Below are positions 27,967-35,213 of a DNA stretch of 35,213 bases, piece after piece. Below the pieces are notes generated by a model. The model was not told the DNA's origin and did not search any database. It worked only from the letters and a program-made list of their open reading frames with translations. The stretch is from a virus (lineage: Duplodnaviria; Caudoviricetes): positions 1 through 35,213 of IMG/VR virus record IMGVR_UViG_3300048670_000380; one strand, given 5' to 3'. Both the position numbers and the translations under genes were made by a program. Position 1 is the stretch's first letter, and each line of letters begins with the position of its first letter.

Positions 27967-27999
27967 GAAAGGTTGGTACCACCCAACCCACCACGAAAA

Positions 28000-28689
28000 T
28001 TATCTATACAGAAGCTTAACACCCTCGCTATTTTTCACATAGTCAGGGACCGCTCTCGTGTTCCACCAACGGGAAGTAGTCTGTTCCACAGCCTTTTTAA
28101 CAGGCCACTTATTGGTTAGCCTACCTCTCAAAGCGTTGTAACTTACCCCAAAAGTCATAGCAATCTTCTTTAGTTCTCCTATACTGTAGTCTACCCCCTC
28201 ATAAGTGTACACCTTAGTGACACGAGTATTCTCTACCTGCTTTGATCTAGGGAGCCAAATACAGTTGTCAGGATTATAGCCTAAATTCACATCTACCCGT
28301 TCGATTGTAGAGTCAGCATGTGGGCGATCACCCATGTCCTGCAGAAACACCTCAAAATTTTGCCAGCGGTCGCAAACTACTATACCCCTGCCACCGTAGT
28401 TCTTATACTCTGGTCTGTTACTGTTGGTACACCTACGTCGCATATCGGCCCAGACTTGGTACAACGGATGGGTACTTAACCCATGAGTCCTAGCTACTCG
28501 GCTGAGAGTGGCCCTCCTTTTACAACCACACGACGAAGTGTTGCCAGACCTTACACAACCCTTGCTGGCGACAAACTCTCTCCCACAAGCACATCTTAAA
28601 AGAAAGTGGCTTGTATTGGAGGGGTCCTCCCCTAGAACGATCAAAAGGCCCCACACTTCTCCAACTACTACTGGCAGTTTTTTCGGCAT
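28000..28689 (-). CDS. Free-standing HNH-type homing endonuclease
   Basis: CACG and SSCGC zinc motifs; YKNYGGRGI.VC.RW..F..F..DMG; TIERVD.N.GY.PDNC.W; lower GC; interrupts tail tube-chaperone synteny. Confidence 0.85.
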   Translation of the reverse strand: MPKKLPVVVGEVWGLLIVLGEDPSNTSHFLLRCACGREFVASKGCVRSGNTSSCGCKRRATLSRVARTHGLSTHPLYQVWADMRRRCTNSNRPEYKNYGGRGIVVCDRWQNFEVFLQDMGDRPHADSTIERVDVNLGYNPDNCIWLPRSKQVENTRVTKVYTYEGVDYSIGELKKIAMTFGVSYNALRGRLTNKWPVKKAVEQTTSRWWNTRAVPDYVKNSEGVKLLYR

Positions 28690-28736
28690 ATCTTAAACCC
28701 AAGTCGCGGCAAAAGCACCGCAACTTGGATTATATA

Positions 28737-29951
28737 TCAAACCGCTGCCGCGCCAAAAGCGTCCACAAACACAACCTTCTGCAAGGTAGCGTCTGCATTA
28801 GCAGCATCACGTAGAGCAGTGAACTGCACATCAGCCATCATGTCAGCATCCTTGCCACCGGCGGTAATCTGGTAGGAAGAGATGTTGACCACAGGCAAGG
28901 AGAACACGTAGCCGTTACCTGCACCGTCCATGGTAGAGAACGCCAACGATGTGTTGGTGTTAGCCACAAACTTGTCGAACAAGGTCTTGTCAGCGAAGTA
29001 GATGGACAAGGAGCCGGTCAAGGCGATAGTGCCGCTACCGATGCCTACGCTGCCCAAAGAGCAGATAGCGTCTTGTTCGCGCAGGGCGTTGTCATAATCC
29101 AAGCTCAGAGACTTGACGAAAGTGCCTGTCAGAGGTGCGCCGCCTTCCCACACTTGGCAAGATGCGCCGGTCACGCCCGACTGGATGTCGAACGAGTAGC
29201 TGGCCACTGGGGTGCCTGGCAGGGCAGTCGCTGTGGTCATCGCAGCGTTCTTGCCCATGAACGAGAAGTTGATGGTAGACAAGTTTCCAGACTGGATGGA
29301 GATAGCCATCTTGCTGGGAGTCATACCAGTGAAAGCCTCGAACACGCCCACGTCAGTCATGTTCTTCTCAATGGTGTAAGAAGTCTGAGTGGTGCCATGG
29401 CTCAAGCGGCGAGTCTGTACGGAGCAGGTTGCTACTGAGCTGCCGACGGTTGCAGGGGTTCCAGCGTCCAAGGTGATGACCGTGGAGGTTGGAGACACAG
29501 AAGAGCTGACACGGAACAGCTTACCGTTGTTGATACCGCCGGTAGTCAAACGGAACCACTGGCCGCGCTTCAAGTTTGTCAGAGCGCTGGTTGTGGTGGG
29601 GGCCACAGACGCAGTGATAGTCGTTGCAGTGAAGTCAGCAGTGAAGGTTGTACCGACGCCAGCAGTACCATACACCGTGAAGGTGCTCTGCAAGGTAGAC
29701 TCCATCAAGCGGTCGTACTCGCGGTACTGCATTTCACCGTTCAAGTCGCCAGAGGCTTTAGCGCCCGTGGGAATCATCGAAGAGATGGTGCGAGTAGAAT
29801 TGATTTCAGTAGACATCGCCTTGGTGATGTCATAGTTCAGGCTTTCACCTGTAACTCGGATGTTGAGTGGGTTACCCGCGACAGGGGTTACGCCGAAGGT
29901 TGCTTCGGGGATATAGCGCACTTGTACAGCACTGGAACTTGCGAGAGGCAT
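28737..29951 (-). CDS. Major tail tube protein
   Basis: YIPEATFGVTP...IRVTGESL, SYTIEK and LTGSLSIYF motifs; strong SD (AGGAG); upstream of the chaperones. Confidence 0.88.
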   Translation of the reverse strand: MPLASSSAVQVRYIPEATFGVTPVAGNPLNIRVTGESLNYDITKAMSTEINSTRTISSMIPTGAKASGDLNGEMQYREYDRLMESTLQSTFTVYGTAGVGTTFTADFTATTITASVAPTTTSALTNLKRGQWFRLTTGGINNGKLFRVSSSVSPTSTVITLDAGTPATVGSSVATCSVQTRRLSHGTTQTSYTIEKNMTDVGVFEAFTGMTPSKMAISIQSGNLSTINFSFMGKNAAMTTATALPGTPVASYSFDIQSGVTGASCQVWEGGAPLTGTFVKSLSLDYDNALREQDAICSLGSVGIGSGTIALTGSLSIYFADKTLFDKFVANTNTSLAFSTMDGAGNGYVFSLPVVNISSYQITAGGKDADMMADVQFTALRDAANADATLQKVVFVDAFGAAAV

Positions 29952-30059
29952 ATTGGACTCCTAGTAAAAGATGTTGAAGTTTGCCTCTTTATCTGGAGCC
30001 TGTACCCCGTTTGCAACTGAGTGTGCCGCTCCTGTCACTACATGACTGACGACATACCC

Positions 30060-30476
30060 TTAGTTGTCATCTGTCCAGAACGGCACGAGCGCAGGATAGT
30101 AGGCCCAGCCCTTAAACGGCTGCTCTCGGGCGAAGGATGCCATGCGAGTGCGTACGCCCCCAAACTGGGACTGCTGCAAGGCTTGGTAAAAGTGCTCCAG
30201 TAGTGTGTACGCCTTAGCCGTGCCTGAGCCTTCCTTGACGGCAGCTTGAAGGTGAATCTGGCCGATCTTGCGGTGAATTGGGTTCGTGCTCAAGTCAGCT
30301 TGTGCGCCGTCCAAGAATCGGATGTTCACCACCAAGAATGGGTCAAGCTGTGTGGAGGTATCGACAATAATCCGGTTGTCGTATTCAATCACAAGTGGGT
30401 AGTCTGTAAAGCTGGTCTTGGCCGCTTCTACAGCAGTAACTATACTTTGACGGTGTTGTTCGAGTGTAGCCATCAC
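30060..30476 (-). CDS. Tail terminator-like protein
   Basis: IEYDN, GSGT.KA and PF motifs; immediately upstream of the tail tube gene. Confidence 0.65.
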   Translation of the reverse strand: MMATLEQHRQSIVTAVEAAKTSFTDYPLVIEYDNRIIVDTSTQLDPFLVVNIRFLDGAQADLSTNPIHRKIGQIHLQAAVKEGSGTAKAYTLLEHFYQALQQSQFGGVRTRMASFAREQPFKGWAYYPALVPFWTDDN

Positions 30477-31003
30477 TTAATCCAGTTGTATTTGTACTTC
30501 TGTATGATGTAGTCTACAAAAGCACGATTCTCTAAATGCCTGTGAACAGGCCTGTAATTGGGGTCCATGTCTCCGGTCTTGATGCTGCCGGAGATTGGGG
30601 AGGAGTTGACAAGTGTAACCTTGGTGTTGTACTTTATCGTGCTGATAACGGCTAGTCCACTTGCCAAGGGTTCCTGAATTGCCTCTGGGTGCCCAGCGTA
30701 ACGCACTTTGTCATAGTAGGACTTAATCTGCTTCGAGTCCTTGATGTTCATGTTCTGGTACTCAGTATCGAGTAGATTCTTGTACCAGTCCTTGGTGTAC
30801 CCTGTGTGCGGGTTGTTTGCTGTTACTACTTGCCAATTAGAAACGAAGTCTCCAGAATATTGTGGAGACTCCTTTAGAACTGCCTTCAAGATTTGAGTTA
30901 CTTTTCTCTTGACGAACTCGGTCGGCCTACTCTTGATGAGGGCTCTTTGGGCTTTCGTCTTGCTCAGAAACGAGTTTAAGTTCTTTACTTCAATTCCAGC
31001 CAT
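30473..31003 (-). CDS. Tail completion/neck protein (HK97 gp10-like)
   Basis: Start moved to ATG 31003 (GAGG upstream); SPQYSGDFVSNW motif. Confidence 0.65.
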   Translation of the reverse strand: MAGIEVKNLNSFLSKTKAQRALIKSRPTEFVKRKVTQILKAVLKESPQYSGDFVSNWQVVTANNPHTGYTKDWYKNLLDTEYQNMNIKDSKQIKSYYDKVRYAGHPEAIQEPLASGLAVISTIKYNTKVTLVNSSPISGSIKTGDMDPNYRPVHRHLENRAFVDYIIQKYKYNWIK

Positions 31004-31005
31004 GC

Positions 31006-31839
31006 TCAACCTCGACGGATGTGCAGGCTCCAAGCATCTTGGTCAGAGACTATGGCGACAATTCTCCAACTCTCAGAGTTAACCACTACGTTTTGACCGA
31101 CTACTGGGCTAACTGACGATTTAGCAACAACCAACGCCATGTCACCCGCCAAGTTGCTTGGGCTTGCTTGCGTACGAAACTCATAGACTTTGTAGTAGTC
31201 CAAGAGGATTGACGGCACTGCCACGCTGGCTGCGCTGTAAGTGTCGAGCACGGGATTGTACACGCCAGTGCTGGTGAATGTGGAAGAAATTACGCCGTAG
31301 TCAATCTCGTCGCACTGGGCGCTCTTGAACCCCTCCAAAGACAGGTGGACGGTGCGCACCCTGTAGAGTGCTGGGCCTTGCTTGACGATGGTGCCCTTGG
31401 CTATGACTGCGTTCTTGCTGAAGTGGAACAGCCAGAACGGGTCATACTGGGCGTCAGTGACGCCGTTTACAGTGTCCTTCAGGTAGTCCCGCTGACCGTG
31501 CTGCGCGGTGACTGCGGTACCTAAGCATGCTTGGCCAGGTGTCACAAGGCTGAACAGCCCTGATGAGGCCTTCATCCAGTGTGAGGCGCGGATTGCTCCG
31601 CCGCGCCACTCGTCAAGTATCCCATCACCAACCACCCATATCTCATTCAGTATATTGATTGCGGAATGCGTGGGTGGGGTGATGGCTGGGTCGATGCTCA
31701 ACACCCGACGCTTAGCAGTGCTACCGTCGGGCGAGGCCTCTAGAAAGGTTGATACTTGGGCCTTGAACAGCAAGGCGTTGCTGTACGCATCGTAGACCGG
31801 GCAGGTATCGAATTTACGGGCTACGGTCTTCAGCTTCAT
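31006..31839 (-). CDS. Head-tail joining/head closure protein
   Basis: Position in the operon; C-terminal GVYNPVLDTY...WRIVAI...LHIRR resembles head-closure proteins. Confidence 0.55.
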   Translation of the reverse strand: MKLKTVARKFDTCPVYDAYSNALLFKAQVSTFLEASPDGSTAKRRVLSIDPAITPPTHSAINILNEIWVVGDGILDEWRGGAIRASHWMKASSGLFSLVTPGQACLGTAVTAQHGQRDYLKDTVNGVTDAQYDPFWLFHFSKNAVIAKGTIVKQGPALYRVRTVHLSLEGFKSAQCDEIDYGVISSTFTSTGVYNPVLDTYSAASVAVPSILLDYYKVYEFRTQASPSNLAGDMALVVAKSSVSPVVGQNVVVNSESWRIVAIVSDQDAWSLHIRRG

Positions 31840-32324
31840 GCGGTCACCGGGTCTACGGCCAAAGGTGCGGCTATGGTAAAAATCGGGGTGATGGCTGCTG
31901 GAGGCGTGTAGCCGCTCAACAAGGTTAGGGCTGTTTGCAGACGAGCCCGGATGCTGACGTAACCTGCGTTCACGCCGTTGCGCACAGACTCGAATGGGTC
32001 GGCAAAGCGCTCGAATTCAGCGCGACCGTCCGTCAGCTTCTTGGGGCTAAACAGGGGGAGGCTTGTGAGGAGGGTCTTCGCTACTGCGTAGGCTGAAAAC
32101 ATATTGGCCACGGTGAACACCTTGGTCTGTGCGGCGGTGCGGGACAGCACAGGCGTAGCGAGAATGGCGTCCAAGAGAGCTGGCAGGGTCGAGTCTATGT
32201 CTGACAGCTCAAGTTCCAGTTGGTCGGTGAAGACCTTTAGGTCAAGTGTGAGGTCCTCTAGCTCCTCGTCGGAAACTCCAAGGACTGCTCTGACCTCATC
32301 GTAAGTTGTTCGTGTTAGTGCCAT
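31836..32324 (-). CDS. Head-tail adaptor protein
   Basis: TTYDEVRAVLGV helical N-terminus; first neck gene after the capsid genes. Confidence 0.6.
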   Translation of the reverse strand: MALTRTTYDEVRAVLGVSDEELEDLTLDLKVFTDQLELELSDIDSTLPALLDAILATPVLSRTAAQTKVFTVANMFSAYAVAKTLLTSLPLFSPKKLTDGRAEFERFADPFESVRNGVNAGYVSIRARLQTALTLLSGYTPPAAITPIFTIAAPLAVDPVTA

Positions 32325-32385
32325 TGAGAGATTATGGTGGGGTTTTGGGTTTTTGAGTGCTTAGGGGTGGAAAGATGGCAGTCTG

Positions 32386-32394
32386 TGATATACT
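32386..32394 (+). promoter_or_regulatory. Putative extended -10 promoter (TG-A-TATACT)
   Basis: TGnTATACT lies 6 nt before the first hairpin; no clear -35. Confidence 0.5.
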
Positions 32395-32400
32395 GTCTTC

Positions 32401-32505
32401 GACAGCTTCTGAATACCCGTAGGAAGGGTAGAATTCAAAAGCTGTTAAAGGCCTGCCGCCTGCACTTCGTGTTCCTACCACGGAGGTGCAGGCGGTTTTC
32501 TTTTT
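32401..32505 (+). ncRNA. Putative structured RNA/leader: two hairpins with complementary loops, ending in a U-tract
   Basis: Hairpin 32401-32446 (loop GTAGGAA) and hairpin 32455-32496 (loop TTCCTAC), followed by TTTCTTTTT. Confidence 0.6.
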
Positions 32506-32517
32506 GGAGGATTTGAG

Positions 32518-33012
32518 ATGAAGAAGAGACCGATTCGGATTGAAGGTGACGTGGCTTATGTGCCCTTAGCCTGTGGGGCGGAAGCAATCATAGATGCTGA
32601 AGATGCTGAGATAGTTGGGCAATATAATTGGAGCCTGTGTACTGGGTATGCAGTTACAAGTCTATACCCTGTCGGAGAAAAACGTAGAAGCATAAAACTG
32701 CATCGGCTTGTTATGGGGGAACCTGAAGGTTTTGAAGTAGATCACAAGTACGGCATCAGGTTGGATAACAGAAAAGCACACTTGAGACTAGCCACAAGAT
32801 CGGATAACAACCATAATGCCAAGGTACGTCGGGACAATACGTCGGGTAGGAAAGGTGTTTCGTGGCATAAAAAAGTTAAAAAGTGGTCCGCCCAAATAAT
32901 GCACATGGGCAAACCTAAGCATTTAGGCTACTTCACTACCCCGGAACTGGCTCACGAGGCCTACTGCCAAGCAGCCCTAAAATACCACGGTGAATTTGCC
33001 AGAACAGAATAG
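32518..33012 (+). CDS. HNH endonuclease with C-terminal AP2 DNA-binding domain, antisense to the structural operon
   Basis: LHRLVM, VDH...RLDNRKAHLRLAT..N; AP2-like NTSGRKGVSWHK...WSAQI...HLGYF...AHEAY...HGEFA; SD GGAGG. Confidence 0.92.
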   Translation: MKKRPIRIEGDVAYVPLACGAEAIIDAEDAEIVGQYNWSLCTGYAVTSLYPVGEKRRSIKLHRLVMGEPEGFEVDHKYGIRLDNRKAHLRLATRSDNNHNAKVRRDNTSGRKGVSWHKKVKKWSAQIMHMGKPKHLGYFTTPELAHEAYCQAALKYHGEFARTE

Positions 33013-33036
33013 AAAATGGCCCTACGGGCCATTTTT
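33013..33036. terminator. Bidirectional terminator between convergent genes
   Basis: AAAATGGCCC-TAC-GGGCCATTTTT. Confidence 0.75.
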
Positions 33037-33238
33037 ACTTCTTCGCCGCAGCCGGCTTAATTTCGTCCAGGTCAACCCAGCGCTGGATGATTGCCTGGCC
33101 TTTTACCCAGTCTGTTTCTTTTGCCTTGGTGGGCACTCTTGGCTCGAAGCGGCAGCCGCTCTCTGGGTCTACAAACGGAAATCCCGCTGTGTTGATTAAC
33201 CAGATACCTGTCTTGTCGTGGATTTGTTGTTTTTCCAT
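33035..33238 (-). CDS. Small hypothetical protein downstream of the major capsid gene
   Basis: 67-aa ORF in operon orientation. Confidence 0.65.
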   Translation of the reverse strand: MEKQQIHDKTGIWLINTAGFPFVDPESGCRFEPRVPTKAKETDWVKGQAIIQRWVDLDEIKPAAAKK

Positions 33239-33246
33239 AAGTATTC

Positions 33247-33266
33247 AGGGAGGCTTTCGCCTCCCT
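33247..33266. terminator. GNRA-loop hairpin after the capsid gene (terminator or stabiliser)
   Basis: Minus strand CAGGGAGGC-GAAA-GCCTCCCTG; little U-tract on the minus strand. Confidence 0.55.
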
Positions 33267-33276
33267 GTTCTTTTCA

Positions 33277-34488
33277 TTAGCTGATTGTCAACACGTCGAA
33301 TGGGCGCAGGTCGCTATCGCCCAAGCTACGGAATACTTCCTCAGCCCAGTCAAGGCGCATAGCTGTCGAACGCTTCATGGCGTACTCCTCTACAGCACTG
33401 TAAGCAGCAGCTGTATTGGTGACGCGAGAGATAGCTACAGACGCATCTAAAGCATAGATGGTGTTAGCAGGCACTGGGCCTCCATCAGCAGCAGAGTCAA
33501 CCAAGAAGATGCGAACGTCATTGCCGAAGCCTACGTTAATCAAACCTGCTTGTGGGTCTACGCGAGTCAGTGTAGGGTCGTAGCTGTTTGAACCTGGGCG
33601 ACCTGTACGGCCTTCAACCTTCAAATAACTGTCGAGGTCCATTACTAAATGACTGACCTTTCGGTATTTACGGCTCCTGGCCAAAAACTTGACAAAGGCT
33701 TTGTGAGTCAGAACGCCACCTGTAGCTGCTGCATCCAAAGATGTAGAAGTCACTGCAGCAACTGCACCTACGTTCAAATCACCATCTCCGTTGTACAGAG
33801 CGTTGATGTAGCGGTAGACGCGCTCGTCACGCTCAACTTGCAGGTAGTGAGCCACTGTACGAGTGACATAATCTATGTTCGTATTGCGCAGAGCTTGGTC
33901 GGTCCATTGCATTCCGATGTTCCATGCACCGATGCGACGGATACGGTCACTGGTCTTGAAGAACAGCATCTTGGCTGGCTCAGCGCCTTGAGCAACACGA
34001 GTTGCTTTAGCCTCTTCTGGGCCGCCAACGGTCTTGTAGTCAACCACTGGCTGTTCAAAATGCTCAGTGTCAACGCTGATGTTGTTGGCAATCATTTGCT
34101 CGAACACACTAGAGTCGGTTTCACGGTCTTTTTGCATCTCGCTCGTGATTTCGCTGATAACAGCGATGTTCACGAAAGCGCGGGAAGCAGTGCCGAAAGT
34201 GCCAGAGTTCTGCTGAGTGTTCGCGGAGAAGCTACCAGCAGCGGAGCCATCCAGCAAAGCACCAATCTTGGTGGCGCGGAAGCCGAATGGGTTGTTCTTG
34301 CCAGGACGAACCAGGCCTGCGGATGCCTTGAACTGGTCAAAAGCGGTGCCAACAGACAGGTCTGCGTCAGCAAACTTGCGGTTCATTTCGGCAACAGGGT
34401 CGCCAGATTTCACCATGGCCACTAATTCTTCAGCGCTGGGGGACCATTGTTGGGTGCCCCCGCTACGGTCGATATATGCTACTTGCAT
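33277..34488 (-). CDS. Major capsid protein (HK97 fold likely)
   Basis: 403 aa; follows the scaffold and decoration genes; followed by a stable hairpin; assigned by synteny and size. Confidence 0.8.
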   Translation of the reverse strand: MQVAYIDRSGGTQQWSPSAEELVAMVKSGDPVAEMNRKFADADLSVGTAFDQFKASAGLVRPGKNNPFGFRATKIGALLDGSAAGSFSANTQQNSGTFGTASRAFVNIAVISEITSEMQKDRETDSSVFEQMIANNISVDTEHFEQPVVDYKTVGGPEEAKATRVAQGAEPAKMLFFKTSDRIRRIGAWNIGMQWTDQALRNTNIDYVTRTVAHYLQVERDERVYRYINALYNGDGDLNVGAVAAVTSTSLDAAATGGVLTHKAFVKFLARSRKYRKVSHLVMDLDSYLKVEGRTGRPGSNSYDPTLTRVDPQAGLINVGFGNDVRIFLVDSAADGGPVPANTIYALDASVAISRVTNTAAAYSAVEEYAMKRSTAMRLDWAEEVFRSLGDSDLRPFDVLTIS

Positions 34489-34512
34489 GATTTTGATTCC
34501 TTGAAAAATGGT

Positions 34513-34989
34513 TTAGACGCGAGCGATAACGCCCACAGTGCCGACTGCTCCAGTGCCAACAGCACCCAAGCTCACAACACGCCACAGGCTCTTTTGTGTA
34601 CCCTGAGAAGTTGCTTTGCAGACTTTGGGGTAAGAGGAGAGGGCGGTACCTTTAGCGGTAACGCTACCAGCAACAACATAGTCGCCTACAGCAACAACGC
34701 CGGTACCGGGGGTGGCTTGCAGGCCATCAAAGACTACGCGGGCACGGCCTGAGCTGTACACCGAGCCGATGCTAAAGCCGTTTTGGGGTGCCAGCTCTAC
34801 AGCGTAGATGATGGCTTCAATGTCATCGCCGGCCACAGCCAGGTCATAACGGGACTCACCTGCGAGCTTGACAATCTTGCCTTGCTCTTTGGTGTCTACT
34901 TGGTTGCTAGTCCCTGAGCCAGCACCCAAGCGGACAGCCATAGCTGGTGCTTCAGGTACGGTAGGGGAAATGAAATGGTCGAGGGCCAT
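34513..34989 (-). CDS. Capsid decoration/cement protein
   Basis: 158 aa, G/A/V-rich beta protein (GKIVKLAG, VAVGDYVVAG) directly upstream of the capsid gene. Confidence 0.65.
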   Translation of the reverse strand: MALDHFISPTVPEAPAMAVRLGAGSGTSNQVDTKEQGKIVKLAGESRYDLAVAGDDIEAIIYAVELAPQNGFSIGSVYSSGRARVVFDGLQATPGTGVVAVGDYVVAGSVTAKGTALSSYPKVCKATSQGTQKSLWRVVSLGAVGTGAVGTVGVIARV

Positions 34990-35002
34990 GATTCAGGTTC
35001 CT

Positions 35003-35213
35003 TTACTTTGATTGAGAAGATTTCACCGCATGCACAAACAATGGGTTCACCAGCGCTGCTACGGGTTTAGCCGGGGCATCTTCTGGTTTGGCTGCGGTAA
35101 CACCACCCACCTTAAATTTAGATTTGAACAACTCGCTTACTCGGCTGTGCTCAGCCAAGACTTCGGAGTCAGCCACAGCAGCGGCTTCAATGTTCAGAGG
35201 TACGCTCATCGCC
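35003..35213 (-). CDS. C-terminal end of a scaffold/prohead protease protein (truncated by window edge)
   Basis: Frame runs off the window; position upstream of the decoration and capsid genes. Confidence 0.55.
   Translation of the reverse strand, partial: AMSVPLNIEAAAVADSEVLAEHSRVSELFKSKFKVGGVTAAKPEDAPAKPVAALVNPLFVHAVKSSQSK

Noticed and set aside
28000-28689. Group I intron housing the HNH gene
   Set aside because: The flanking genes are intact and the spacers are too short for a ribozyme core; the gene is free-standing
32334-32516. 60-aa ORF spanning the structured intergenic region
   Set aside because: No SD, atypical composition, and it crosses the promoter and hairpins; better explained as non-coding
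33649-34425. 258-aa + strand ORF and similar antisense ORFs (e.g. 20001-20573, 23205-23765, 3279-3854)
   Set aside because: Shadow ORFs opposite strongly codon-biased genes, with no motifs or SD
1-35213. CRISPR array, tRNA genes, integrase/att sites
   Set aside because: No regularly spaced repeats, cloverleaf signatures or recombinase seen by eye; lifestyle cannot be determined from this window

Overview
This window is a fragment of a long-tailed (siphovirus-type) dsDNA phage genome; the host is plausibly a betaproteobacterium (inferred from GC content and protein families only). It has two convergent arms. The + arm (1-8998) is a replication/recombination module: an ExoX-like exonuclease, a MazG-like pyrophosphohydrolase, a DUF6378-like protein, a full-length family A DNA polymerase, a RecU-like resolvase, an SbcD/SbcC pair and an HTH protein. 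The - arm (35213-8991) is morphogenesis and lysis: scaffold end, decoration protein, major capsid, head-tail proteins, tail tube, G/GT chaperones with a -1 slippery site, a ~2,450-aa tape measure, a tail-tip protein, two paralogous LamG/CBM adhesins, small membrane proteins, an M15A endolysin and a holin. Two free-standing HNH-type endonuclease genes are inserted in the structural operon. The most striking unexplained signal is a ~105-nt putative RNA (32401-32505) directly upstream of the HNH-AP2 gene. It consists of two long hairpins whose 7-nt loops are perfectly complementary (GTAGGAA/TTCCTAC), with an extended -10 box upstream and a U-tract at its 3' end. Other notable items are identical DNA tracts shared by the two adhesin paralogues, a probable 1-nt indel at the tape-measure 3' end, an AT-rich patch over polymerase motif B, and apparent CCWGG/GATC avoidance. 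All calls come from reading motifs by eye; no searches were run.
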